This document shows, one piece after another, positions 52,435-62,168 of a DNA stretch of 64,000 bases. The stretch's first letter is position 1, and each line of letters starts with the position of its first letter. The stretch lies in assembly GCA_963770565.1 (NCBI GenBank), contig CAVYQE010000002.1:512001-576000 (forward strand), given 5' to 3'. This DNA is from an uncultured Actinomycetota bacterium (GTDB taxonomy: Bacteria; Actinomycetota; Actinomycetes; JAFAQI01). The notes below the pieces were generated by a model that searched no databases, was not told the DNA's origin, and was given only the letters and a program-made list of their open reading frames with translations. Both the position numbers and the translations under genes were made by a program.

Positions 52435-55359
52435 ATGCTCAAAGGCGACCTGACGTCTACGCCGCTCGCCCCACTCCTGCGCGACCTGGCCGGAGACGCG
52501 GTCACCGGCTGCCTCCACGTGACCAATCCGGACGACGAAGAGGCGCTGATCTACTTCAAGGCCGGGCTGATCTACTCGGTCTCCGTGCCCGGTACCCGGC
52601 CGCAGCTCGGGGCCAAACTGGTCTCCTCCGGCGCGCTCGGGCCTGAGGCCCTCTCCGAGGCCCTCGAAGCACAGCGCACCGAGTTGCAGGGCTGGCGGCT
52701 TGGCGAGCTGCTCGTCCACCTCGGGTATGTCGACCAGCCGGTCGTCGAGGCCTTCGTCATGGAACAGGTCACCGAGGCGCTGTGGGACCTGCTGCGCTGG
52801 ACCGAAGGACGCTGGAAGTTCCGCAAGAACATCCGCGCCCGCGAGGACGTCGGGCCGCCGATGGTCGTCGTCGAGCTGCTCGAAGCGCTCCGCGACCGCG
52901 GCTACGAATGGGAGAACATCTCCGCCGTCGTCCACGGTCCGGCCGCCGTACCGAAGTTGTCCACGCGCGGCGGCGGGTCCGCCGAGACCACGCTCGACAA
53001 CGACGCATGGTCGATGCTCTGCAAGATCGACGGCGAGCGCTCGGTCGCCGACCTCGCCCGCGACTGCGGCTACACGTTGTTCGAGGCCGGTCAGGTCATC
53101 GTTCAGCTGGTGCAGGCGGGTCTGGTCGACATCGACGAGGATCTCGACCTGGCCGGCAGCGAGCTCTACGGCGCCACGACGTTGAGCTCCGCGCTGGCCG
53201 GTGACCTCGACGAAGCCGAGGTGGCCGCCGCCGACGAGGAGACCCGCGACGACGGCGAAGACGTGCTGAGCCGGCTCGCCCGGCTGGTCAACGAGGTCGC
53301 GGCCGAGCACCCGCACGACGGCTCCCCGAACGGTACGGCGGACTCCGGCGACGAGGAGTCGAGGAACGGCAACGGAGCGCCGCGGGTTGGCCTCGCGCCA
53401 CCGTTGACCTCTGGCGTGACGAGCTTCGACAACCCGATGATCGTGCCGCTGCACCGCAACTCGACCGAGTCGTTCGCGGCGTCGATCGCCCGGGTCTCGA
53501 ACGCGCTTTCCGATGTATTGGGCGAGACCCCGGACGTCGACGAGGTCGACTCCGCCGCTGCGGCCGCAGCCAGCAAGCCGGTGTCGCTCAAGCGGTCGAA
53601 GAGCTCGACGAGCGACCCGGAGTGGCAGCGCCGCAAGCGGCTGCGCTCGGCCGCGGCAGCGGAACTCGCCAGCGCCCAGGCGATGGTGGAGACCCTGCGG
53701 GCCGAACAAGACATGATCGGGATCGACGAGTCGGCCTCGGAGGCACTCGGGATCGACTTCGAGGAAGACCAGGACGGCCGGCTGCCCGCGGCCGAACTGA
53801 TCGCTGAGCAGTTCGCCGCTGACCAGGCCGAGGCCGAGCAGCAGGCAGCTGAGCAGGCCGAAGCCGAGCGGCTGGCCGCGGAGCAAGCCGAAGCAGAGAT
53901 CATCGCGGCCGAGCAGGCGGAGCACCTGGCGGCGGTCGAGGCCGAGGCCGAGGCGATTGCCGCCGCGCAGGCCGAAGCCGAGCGGGTCGCTGCCGAACAG
54001 GCGGAAGTCGAGCGCCTAGCCGCCGAGGAAGCCGAAGCCGAGCGGATCGCGGCCGAGGAAGCGGAGGCCGAGCGCCTTGCGGCCGAGGAAGCGGAACGGC
54101 TGGCGATCGAGGAAGCCGAACGGCTTGCCCTCGAAGAGCTGGCCTGGGCCGAGTACTGGGAGCGCGAAGAGGCCGAGCGGGCCCTGGCCGAGCAGGTCGA
54201 GGCCGAGCGCCTCGCCGCCGAGCAGGCCGAAGCCGAGCGCCTTGCCGCCGAGGAAGCGGAACGGCTGGCGGCCGAGGAAGCCGAACGGCTCGCCCTCGAA
54301 GAGCTGGCCTGGGCCGAGTACTGGGAGCGCGAAGAGGCCGAGCGGGCCCTGGCCGAGCAGGTCGAGGCCGAGCGCCTCGCCGCCGAGCAGGCCGAAGCCG
54401 AGCGCCTAGCCGCGGAGGAAGCGGAACGGCTGGCCGCCGAAGAGGCCGAGGCCGAGCGGGTCGCCGCCGAGCAGGCCGAAGCCGAACGCCTAGCCGCCGA
54501 GGAGGCCGAGCGGGTCGCCGCCGAGCAGGCCGAAGCCGAACGCCTGGCCGCCGAGGAGGCCGAGCGGGTCGCCGCCGAGCAGGCTGAGGCCGAGCGGCTC
54601 GCCGAGCAGGCCCGGGCCGAGCGGCTCGCGGCGGAGGAGGAGGCCGCTGCGGTCGAAGCCGAGCGCCTGGCCGCCGAGCAGGCTGAACTCGAGCGCGCGG
54701 AGGCCGAGGCGGCCGAGTGGCTGGCGGCCGAGCTGGCCGCCCAAGAGGCCGCAGATGCCGCGATCGCCGAGCTCACCAGGCTCGAGGCCGAACAATCCGA
54801 GGCCGACAACGGCGAGCACTACGCCAGCGATGACGCCGCACCGGCGACTGAGACGCGGGCCGAGCGTTCGGCTCGCCGGAAGGCCGAGAAGCAGGCCGCC
54901 GAGGAGGCGGCCCGAGCCGCCGACGAAGCCGCCGCCGCGACTGCACTTCTGATCGAGCTCGCCGCTACCGACCACACTGAGGTAGCGGTCGAGGAGCCGG
55001 CTGATGAGGCGACCGCTGAGATCGAGGAAGCCCCGGTCGACGAGGCCGCCCCCGACATCGACAGCGATGTCGACGGTGAGGACGAAGAGGTCTGGAACGA
55101 AGCCGCGCAGGCCGACACGGCCGCGCTGCTGCGCGAACTGTCCTCGCTCGGCATCGACGACGAGCCGGCTGCCGCGCCGCCCGCCGCTGCCGCCCAGCGG
55201 CCGCGCCAGGCGCCCACGACCGAGAAGAAGGCCAAGAAGAAGATCGGGCTTGTTCGGTCTCTAGCCGACCCACCCACCCGGCACCCACGCCGTCACTGCG
55301 AGCTGCGTACCCGCAAGGCCGGCCCATGCGCGGACTGCAGCCTCCTAGGAGACTCCTGA
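52435..55359 (+). CDS. DUF4388 (PATAN-like) protein with long acidic coiled-coil repeat
   Basis: 'LKGDL...L..LL..L.....TGCL', 'LGELLV', 'W.EG.W.F'; long EAERLAAE repeat; true stop may be 55264. Confidence 0.82.
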   Translation: MLKGDLTSTPLAPLLRDLAGDAVTGCLHVTNPDDEEALIYFKAGLIYSVSVPGTRPQLGAKLVSSGALGPEALSEALEAQRTELQGWRLGELLVHLGYVDQPVVEAFVMEQVTEALWDLLRWTEGRWKFRKNIRAREDVGPPMVVVELLEALRDRGYEWENISAVVHGPAAVPKLSTRGGGSAETTLDNDAWSMLCKIDGERSVADLARDCGYTLFEAGQVIVQLVQAGLVDIDEDLDLAGSELYGATTLSSALAGDLDEAEVAAADEETRDDGEDVLSRLARLVNEVAAEHPHDGSPNGTADSGDEESRNGNGAPRVGLAPPLTSGVTSFDNPMIVPLHRNSTESFAASIARVSNALSDVLGETPDVDEVDSAAAAAASKPVSLKRSKSSTSDPEWQRRKRLRSAAAAELASAQAMVETLRAEQDMIGIDESASEALGIDFEEDQDGRLPAAELIAEQFAADQAEAEQQAAEQAEAERLAAEQAEAEIIAAEQAEHLAAVEAEAEAIAAAQAEAERVAAEQAEVERLAAEEAEAERIAAEEAEAERLAAEEAERLAIEEAERLALEELAWAEYWEREEAERALAEQVEAERLAAEQAEAERLAAEEAERLAAEEAERLALEELAWAEYWEREEAERALAEQVEAERLAAEQAEAERLAAEEAERLAAEEAEAERVAAEQAEAERLAAEEAERVAAEQAEAERLAAEEAERVAAEQAEAERLAEQARAERLAAEEEAAAVEAERLAAEQAELERAEAEAAEWLAAELAAQEAADAAIAELTRLEAEQSEADNGEHYASDDAAPATETRAERSARRKAEKQAAEEAARAADEAAAATALLIELAATDHTEVAVEEPADEATAEIEEAPVDEAAPDIDSDVDGEDEEVWNEAAQADTAALLRELSSLGIDDEPAAAPPAAAAQRPRQAPTTEKKAKKKIGLVRSLADPPTRHPRRHCELRTRKAGPCADCSLLGDS
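54080..54435 (+). repeat. 165-bp intragenic tandem duplication (55 aa)
   Basis: GAGTACTGGG occurs at 54151 and 54316; 'LAWAEYWEREEAERALAEQV' is present twice. Confidence 0.88.
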
Positions 55360-57145
55360 ATAAAGCGCGTGCCGGTTCGCCGGTCGCGGGGCGGGGTTCG
55401 GGAGAATCTGTGAGTGCTGGGACGTAGCGAGGATCAGCGGGATCTGTTGGATGTTGAGTCGGTGGCGGGGCATCTGCTGAAACCGGGCAGTGTGTTCGCG
55501 TTTCTGGCTGAGCATCGCCGGGAGTTGTTCCCGGAGGAGTTGTTCACTGACTTGTTTCCGTCCTCGCGGGGCCGGCCGTCGGTCCCAGCTGAGGTGATGG
55601 CGACGGTGATCATGTTGCAGGCGCTCAACGGCCTGTCGGATTCCGAGACCGTCGATGCGGTGACGTTCGATCTGCGCTGGAAGGCAGCGGTCGGGTGGCC
55701 GATCGATGAGGCGGCGTTTCACTCGACGACATTGACGTATTGGCGTCGCCGGCTGGCCGCGTCGGATCGACCGAACCGGATCTTCGACGCGGTCAAAGAC
55801 GTTGTCGCGCGGACCGGGGTGCTCAAGGGAAAGACCCGCAGGGCGTTGGACTCCACCGTGCTCGATGACGCGGTCGCCACCCAGGACACGGTGACACAGC
55901 TGATCGCCGCTATCCGCCGGGTCCGCCGGGTCGTGCCTGACGCCGTCGAGGTGGTCACCGAGTGGTGCACCGCGCATGACTACGACGATCCCGGTAAGCC
56001 CTCGATCGCGTGGGATGACACCGAGGCCCGCGCCCGCCTCGTCGACGCCCTGGTCGGTGACGCGCTGCGACTGCTCGGGCATCTACCGGAGACCGAGCAC
56101 GGTCCCGAGGCGGCGGAGGCGTTGGCGTTGCTGGCGTTGATCGCCGGGCAGGACGTCGAACCCGTCACCGGCGGTGACGGCACCGACGGTCGCTGGCGGA
56201 TCCGTCAAGGAGTCGCGAAAGACCGGGTGATCAGCGTCGTGGACCCTGACGCCCGCCACGCCCACAAGACCGTGTCGCGGCGTCAGGACGGTTTCAAGGC
56301 GCACCTCGCGGTCGAGCCTGACACCGGCCTGGTCACCGGGTGTGAGCTGACGAAAGCCGCCGGTGCGGAGACCTCGGACGCCACGGTAGGGGTTGACCTG
56401 CTCACCCGCGACGACACGCTCGATGCCGCCGGTGGGGACGTCGAGGTGCTGGGCGACAGCGCCTATGGCACCGGGGACGCACTCGCCGCGATCCTCGGCG
56501 CCGGGCACGTCCCGCTGGTCAAGCCGTGGCCCACAAAACCCGCCGTTCCCGGCGGTCTGGACATCGATGAGTTCACCGTCGACGAGGCAACCGGGACAGC
56601 GACCTGCCCGGCCGGGATCACCCGCCGAATCCCCCCAACCCGGCACGTGATGTTCGGCGCCGCCTGCCGTGACTGCCCGTTGCGGGCGCGGTGCACCACC
56701 GCCCGAAAGGGCCGGATGCTGACCCTGCACGACCACGACGCGCTGCAACGCGAACACCGCCAGCGGGCGAAAGACCCGCAGTGGCAAGCCGACTACCGCC
56801 AACACCGGCCGATGGTCGAACGCTCCATCGCCTGGCTCGTCCGAGGACCGAACCGCAAACTGCGCTACCGCGGCGTCACGAAGAACAACCAGTGGCTCCA
56901 CACCCGCGCGGCCGGGCTGAATCTCCGCCGGCTTATCAGCCTCGGATTGGACCACAGCAACGGAAACTGGGTCATCGCCTAACAGCGAAACCACACCCTT
57001 GCGAGCCCGCACCACCGAGCGCCAGAATGACACCGACGCGCCGGGCAAGCTCGTCGTCCAACCACGGTTGCGACTCGCGGCACCGACCGCTCATTGAGAC
57101 ACCCGGCGCGTCACCTTCCCGCAGAGGTCCTTATTCAGGAGTCTC
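55349..57145 (+). mobile_element. IS1182-family insertion sequence (~1.8 kb)
   Basis: Perfect 15-bp TIRs GAGACTCCTGAATAA / TTATTCAGGAGTCTC flanked by CTAG at 55345-55348 and 57146-57149. Confidence 0.92.
55414..56982 (+). CDS. IS1182-family DDE transposase
   Basis: 'GRPSVP', 'LDST', 'GFKAH', 'GDSAYG', 'CP.G...C.DCPLR.RC', 'RP.VER'. Confidence 0.92.
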   Translation: MLGRSEDQRDLLDVESVAGHLLKPGSVFAFLAEHRRELFPEELFTDLFPSSRGRPSVPAEVMATVIMLQALNGLSDSETVDAVTFDLRWKAAVGWPIDEAAFHSTTLTYWRRRLAASDRPNRIFDAVKDVVARTGVLKGKTRRALDSTVLDDAVATQDTVTQLIAAIRRVRRVVPDAVEVVTEWCTAHDYDDPGKPSIAWDDTEARARLVDALVGDALRLLGHLPETEHGPEAAEALALLALIAGQDVEPVTGGDGTDGRWRIRQGVAKDRVISVVDPDARHAHKTVSRRQDGFKAHLAVEPDTGLVTGCELTKAAGAETSDATVGVDLLTRDDTLDAAGGDVEVLGDSAYGTGDALAAILGAGHVPLVKPWPTKPAVPGGLDIDEFTVDEATGTATCPAGITRRIPPTRHVMFGAACRDCPLRARCTTARKGRMLTLHDHDALQREHRQRAKDPQWQADYRQHRPMVERSIAWLVRGPNRKLRYRGVTKNNQWLHTRAAGLNLRRLISLGLDHSNGNWVIA

Positions 57146-58057
57146 CTAGGCGTCGACGACCCGTTCCGCCTTCATCGCCATCCCCTGCACGGTCAACATC
57201 GCGTCGTCCGGGGTTTGTCGCTTGATGACGGCAAGTGCGACCGGGCCCAGCTCCGCGTGCTGGACCGCCGTACCCAGGAATCCGACCGACCGGCCGTCCA
57301 GCTCGACCGGGGTGTGCGGCGGCGGCAGCTCGTCGGCGGTCCCGTCGAGGTGACCGAAGACAAGTCGGCGCGGTGGGCGCCCGAGGTTGTGGACCCGGGC
57401 CACCGTCTCCTGACCGCGATAGCAGCCCTTGTCGAGGTGCACCGCAGTACCGATCCAGCCGATCTCGTGCGGGATCGTGCGGTGGTCGGTCTCGAAGCCG
57501 AGGCGAGGCACCTTCGCCTCGACCCGCAGCGCCTCGTAGGCGCCCAACCCGACCAACGGCAGGTCGTGCGCACCGATCCGGTCGGCGAGCTCCGCACGGG
57601 GCACCGTGACATCGGTCCACGCGCCGTCCCGATAGGTCGAGAGGACCGAGTACGACGAGGTCTCGTCCGCCACCTCGACCCGGAGCATGAACCGCATCGA
57701 GTCGAGATAAGCGGTCAGCGCCTCGACAGTGCCCGGCTCGACGGCGATCCAGGTCGCCTCGCCGTCGTCGGTGAGGGTGAGGTGGTGTTCGACGTGACCG
57801 TGCGGCGACAGCACCAGGGCCTCGCGCACCTCACCGACCGGCAAGGGCTCGAGATGCTGCGTGGTCAGCGAGTGCAGCCACGACATGCGGTCAGCGCCAC
57901 TCACCCGGATGATCCCGCGATGCGAGCGATCCACGATCCCGCCGGCCCGGATCAACTGACGTTGCTCCCCGAGCGGATCGCCGTAGTGCGCGGCGACGCC
58001 GGCATCGACCCCGACAGCCGCGACCGCGCCATGGCGTTCGAGCAGCGGGCTGGTCAC
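57146..58057 (-). CDS. ygfZ: YgfZ/GcvT folate-binding protein
   Basis: 'KGCYRGQE' signature. Confidence 0.93.
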   Translation of the reverse strand: MTSPLLERHGAVAAVGVDAGVAAHYGDPLGEQRQLIRAGGIVDRSHRGIIRVSGADRMSWLHSLTTQHLEPLPVGEVREALVLSPHGHVEHHLTLTDDGEATWIAVEPGTVEALTAYLDSMRFMLRVEVADETSSYSVLSTYRDGAWTDVTVPRAELADRIGAHDLPLVGLGAYEALRVEAKVPRLGFETDHRTIPHEIGWIGTAVHLDKGCYRGQETVARVHNLGRPPRRLVFGHLDGTADELPPPHTPVELDGRSVGFLGTAVQHAELGPVALAVIKRQTPDDAMLTVQGMAMKAERVVDA

Positions 58058-58108
58058 CCCACCATGGTATGGATCGAGCGCCAACCCACTGCCCGAGCAA
58101 GCGCGCGC

Positions 58109-58859
58109 TCAGCCCACTGGCGCACCCGGAGCACATACAACGAACGCGTCACACGTTGCCGGAAACTGCGATCGCTTGCCAACCAGTCGGTGGCGAGGAA
58201 GACGTATTCCGCCAATGGGGAAAGACGCAGAGACTTGGCCATTAGTTGAAGCCCCCGCCCGTCGCCACATCACCGATCGGGACAATTAGCGGTGGAGGTT
58301 GCGCCGCTGCTTCCGTCGATCGATACGAGAAGGTCGCCGGACGCATCCGTCGACGCCCTGGAGCACCTTGAGCTCCTTGGGACCCTTGCGGTCCCTGGCC
58401 ACCCTGCGCGCCCGCGCTCCCTTGGGCGCCTTGCGCTCCCTGGGCGCCTGCGCTGCCTTGTGAGCCTTGCGCACCTTGCGCTCCCTGGGCGCCTGCGCTG
58501 CCTTGCGCACCCTGACCTCCTTGCGCGCCCTGGGCGCCGTGCGCGCCTTTGGTACCTCGGGTGCCCTTGAGTCCCTGGGCACCCTTGGCTCCTCGAGCAC
58601 CCTTGGCTCCTCGCGTTCCCTTGACGCTCCAGACCAGGTTCTTGAACCCTGGAGGGCAGCCCTTGGCCCGATGCGACCTGCTGTAGACGTGCAGGTCGCC
58701 GACCTTCGGGCTGAAGCAGGCGTAGATCTTTCCGTTCGCGGCCGGAATCGAGGCATTCGCCGTACCGATCAAGGCCGCGGCGAATCCCGATGCGGCAACT
58801 GCAGCGGCGCCGGCGGCGCACAGTTTCGTCCGCCGATTGTTCGATGACAAGGTTGACAT
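58109..58859 (-). pseudogene. Short collagen-like secreted protein with frameshifted C-terminal domain
   Basis: N-terminus shares '[17 protein letters not shown]' with the 60406-61944 gene; G-x-y run; C-terminal motifs (ANCP, ATGGG, SASFP, GWQ, VVCA) split across frames; intact ORF is 58242-58859. Confidence 0.7.
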
Positions 58860-59014
58860 GGCTATCCCGCGCTCTCAATGAGGGGAATTGATGAGAGGAC
58901 CCGCGGGAGCCGGGCGCGTCGCGCCGCCAATGTAAGCACATCCGGCCGAAGGCACTGAATCGGCACCGGATCGGGGCCGGCACCTCGAGCGGCAAAGGCC
59001 ATGCGATCAAGGAC

Positions 59015-60283
59015 TCAGATCAACAGCGGGCCGCCCTGCCGCGGACCATCCTTGATGGCAATCAGGTTCGCGTTGACATAGCTGATGTTGTACTGCTGAT
59101 GCCAATCCGAGGGGAAGATCGTGGAAATCCGGCTGACCTGGAACCGGCACTTGATCGGAGGCACGAACGCCGAATAGCTCCGGTCGGTGAAATACCAAAA
59201 ACTGTTCTCGTTATAGAACGCGACATGGGTCGGATCCTGAAACGCGCCACGACCGTCGGTGCTCGGTGTCAACGACAGCAACATCCCGCCATGCGCGAGC
59301 AGTCGGTAGAGCTCGTTGAAGATCGCGATCTTGTCCGGCACGTGCTCGAGGAAGTCGACCGCGCGGATCACGCCGACACTCGAATCGGGAAGCGGGATCC
59401 CGTTCATCACGTCGCCGACGATGTCGACGTCCGGCCCGTCGTACTGATCGACCCCGAGATAGCCCGGCGGTTTGTTGTGCGCCGCACCCAGGTCCAGACA
59501 GGCCAGGCCGGCCCGCTTGGCCCACGCCAGGGCGCTCGGCTGGATGTAGCGGTCATACAGCGCAACCGTCTCGCGCTGGATGGTCGCGTTGGTCTCGGCC
59601 CCACGCTGGGTGTTGCGATGGTGCATCCGCTGCAAATACAGGCATTCGTCGATCAGGTAGAACTCCGCCTGCTGATACATCCGGCACATCAGGTCCTGGT
59701 CGTCCAGGATCGCCCGGTCGACGTCGTAGCCACCGGCATCGTCGTACGTCGTACGTCGAAAGGCCCGGACATGGTTGGGCGCGTACCAGATGTAGCTCAC
59801 GTTGTGGGGCGACGCCTCCATCGAATCCGTCTGCATGACCGACCGGCCGTCGACCGTCGCCTCCCGGTAGGTCCAGCCATGCACCTCGTTGAACCGCGAG
59901 TCGTCGCGGCTGCCGTCGTCGAGGATCTGCGCACATTGGCTGAAGACAAGTCCGACGTCGGGTCGGGCGTCGAAGGCCTCGACGATCCGCTCGAGCGCCT
60001 GCGAAGCCAACAGGTCGTCGTGGTCGAGCTCGACGAGGAACTCCCCGCGAGCAATCAGGCAGGCGTGCCGCTTGAGCGCGCCGATGCCGCCGACATCATC
60101 GGCCACGATAACCCGCACCCGGGGGTCGTCCTGAGCCGGCCGCCAGCGGGCGCCGCCGTTGAGCAGGACCACCCACTCCCAGTCCTCGAACGTCTGCTTG
60201 AGCATCGAGTCGAGGCACTCGTCGAGATAGGTGTTGCGATGGCTCGGGGTGAACACGCTGACACGTGGCCGTTCGAGGCTCAC
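59015..60283 (-). CDS. GT2 glycosyltransferase fused to class I SAM methyltransferase
   Basis: 'VSVFTPSH', 'ELDHDD' DxD motif; C-terminal 'LDLGAA', 'DFLEH', 'DPTH'; GTG start after GAAGGGAG. Confidence 0.88.
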   Translation of the reverse strand: MSLERPRVSVFTPSHRNTYLDECLDSMLKQTFEDWEWVVLLNGGARWRPAQDDPRVRVIVADDVGGIGALKRHACLIARGEFLVELDHDDLLASQALERIVEAFDARPDVGLVFSQCAQILDDGSRDDSRFNEVHGWTYREATVDGRSVMQTDSMEASPHNVSYIWYAPNHVRAFRRTTYDDAGGYDVDRAILDDQDLMCRMYQQAEFYLIDECLYLQRMHHRNTQRGAETNATIQRETVALYDRYIQPSALAWAKRAGLACLDLGAAHNKPPGYLGVDQYDGPDVDIVGDVMNGIPLPDSSVGVIRAVDFLEHVPDKIAIFNELYRLLAHGGMLLSLTPSTDGRGAFQDPTHVAFYNENSFWYFTDRSYSAFVPPIKCRFQVSRISTIFPSDWHQQYNISYVNANLIAIKDGPRQGGPLLI

Positions 60284-60352
60284 CAGGTCTCCCTTCGCGG
60301 TCGGCGCGCGCCGCGTCATCGTCGACTGTCAGCCCACATCATGCCCATACGA

Positions 60353-60390
60353 CAGAAGCGGCGGACCGGACACCCGGACCGCCGCTTCTG
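60353..60390 (-). terminator. Hairpin between collagen and glycosyltransferase genes
   Basis: CAGAAGCGGCGG / CCGCCGCTTCTG 12-bp stem just after the collagen stop. Confidence 0.7.
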
Positions 60391-60405
60391 AGGAGCCGGC
60401 TACGT

Positions 60406-61944
60406 CTACGTCGCGCAGATCACATAGACGGTGAAGTTGTGCGCCGTGCCGGAGGTGTTCGCACCCAGGACCTGCCAGCCACCTGGCGTCACCGAGGTGT
60501 CGCTGCCGACCGGGAAGGACGAACTGCCGTGGATGCTCGAGCTGTCGGCCTGCCAGCCGCCACCCGTCGCGATCGGCGTGCCGGAGGGGCAGGTCGCGAT
60601 GCCGGACGCGCTCCCGTTGCCCGCGACGGCGATCGCCGACGAGGTCTGGACGACCACGGCGCCGACACCACCCTGCGCACCGGTCGCACCCTGGGCGCCC
60701 TGTGCACCCGTGGCGCCCTGTGGACCCGCGGCGCCCTGGAAGCCCTGCCGGCCCTGGAAGCCCTGGAAGCCGGTGTTGCCCATGTCGCCCTTGGCTCCCT
60801 GGGAGCCCTGGTGACCCTGCGGGCCCTGGTTGCCTTGCGAGCCGTTGGAGCCGTTGTTGCCCTGCGGGCCGGCTGGACCTTGGAAGCCCTGCGGCCCGGC
60901 TGGACCTTGGAAGCCCTGAGCACCCTGCGCGCCGTCGTTGCCCTGAGCACCCTGGCCGCCGTCGTTGCCCTGGGCGCCCTGCGCACCGTCGTTGCCTTGT
61001 GCACCCTGCGCACCGTCGTTGCCTTGTGCACCCTGGCCGCCGTCGTTGCCTTGGGCGCCTTGCGCACCGTCGTTGCCCTGCGCGCCCTGAGCGCCGTCGT
61101 TGCCTTGGGCGCCTTGCGCACCGTCGTTGCCTTGTGCACCCTGCGCACCGTCGTTGCCTTGTGCACCCTGGCCGCCGTCGTTGCCCTGGGCGCCCTGCGC
61201 ACCGTCGTTGCCCTGCGCGCCCTGAGCGCCGTCGTTGCCCTGGGCGCCCTGCGCACCATCGTTACCCTGCGCGCCCTGGCCGCCGTCGTTGCCCTGCGCG
61301 CCCTGAGCGCCGTCGTTGCCCTGCGCACCCTGAGCGCCGTCGTTGCCCTGCGCACCCTGAGCGCCGTCGTTGCCCTGCGCACCCTGAGCGCCGTCGTTGC
61401 CCTGCGCACCCTGAGCGCCGTCGTTGCCCTGCGCACCCTGGCCGCCGTCGTTGCCCTGCGCGCCAGTTGCGCCCTGGGCGCCGTCGTTCCCCTGAGCGCC
61501 GGTTGCGCCCTGGGCGCCGTCGTTGCCCTGCGCGCCCATCGCGCCCTGAGGCCCAGCGACACCCTGCGGGCCGGCTGCGCCCTGTGGTCCGGCGCCGCCC
61601 TGGGCACCGGCCGCGCCCTGGGCGCCGTTGGATCCCGCCACGCCTTGAGCGCCGGTGGCGCCCTTCGCACCCTTGGCCCCCTTGGCCCCCTTGGGGCCTC
61701 TCACGTTCCAGGTCAGGTTTACGAAGTTCTTGGGGCAGCCGTGCTTGCGGTGCCCCTTGGCATAGACGTGGACGTCGCCGCCCTTGAGGCTGTAACAGCC
61801 GTAGATCTTGCCGTTGGCGGCCGGAATCGACGCGTTCGCCGTACCGATCCACGCTCCTGCGGCACCTGTCACGGCTACTGCCGCGGCACCGACGGCCCCG
61901 ATCTTCTTCCGACGAGTTGACCCGCGCGCGCTCGTTGCTGCCAC
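60406..61944 (-). CDS. Secreted collagen-like protein (~115 G-x-y triplets, GAQ/GND-rich)
   Basis: Signal peptide, Cys-pair N-domain, uninterrupted G-x-y, Cys-pair C-domain 'ATCP..TGGG..GW..VYVICA'. Confidence 0.92.
   Translation of the reverse strand: MAATSARGSTRRKKIGAVGAAAVAVTGAAGAWIGTANASIPAANGKIYGCYSLKGGDVHVYAKGHRKHGCPKNFVNLTWNVRGPKGAKGAKGAKGATGAQGVAGSNGAQGAAGAQGGAGPQGAAGPQGVAGPQGAMGAQGNDGAQGATGAQGNDGAQGATGAQGNDGGQGAQGNDGAQGAQGNDGAQGAQGNDGAQGAQGNDGAQGAQGNDGAQGAQGNDGGQGAQGNDGAQGAQGNDGAQGAQGNDGAQGAQGNDGGQGAQGNDGAQGAQGNDGAQGAQGNDGAQGAQGNDGAQGAQGNDGGQGAQGNDGAQGAQGNDGAQGAQGNDGGQGAQGNDGAQGAQGFQGPAGPQGFQGPAGPQGNNGSNGSQGNQGPQGHQGSQGAKGDMGNTGFQGFQGRQGFQGAAGPQGATGAQGAQGATGAQGGVGAVVVQTSSAIAVAGNGSASGIATCPSGTPIATGGGWQADSSSIHGSSSFPVGSDTSVTPGGWQVLGANTSGTAHNFTVYVICAT
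60920..61530 (-). repeat. 27-bp intragenic tandem array encoding G[A/G]QGAQGND
   Basis: About 22 GND-containing units visible as repeated GCCGTCGTTGCCCTG. Confidence 0.9.
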
Positions 61945-62168
61945 AACTGCCCCTAGATCCCGAGGGCGACACCGTCGTGTGCCGCACGGGCATCAAAGCA
62001 CGGCGGTAGTGTTTCGGCTGGGAACAACACGGCTATCAAGGTGGGCGATTCCTCCCGTTGCGTCACCGACGACCACACCGAGTTCGTGTCTGACCTAGCG
62101 ACTTCCCCGAGCTGTCCCATGGAGTCAAACGGCGTCCCCGTGACGTCCACAGCGACAGGAGATCGCCC

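Noticed and set aside
53166-54809. 547-aa Ser/Ala-rich minus-strand ORF
   Set aside because: Antisense shadow of the EAERLAAE repeat in the DUF4388 gene.
60265-61920. Long plus-strand and alternate-frame ORFs over the collagen gene
   Set aside because: Shadow frames of a stop-free GC-rich repeat; only the G-x-y frame has a signal peptide and domain structure.
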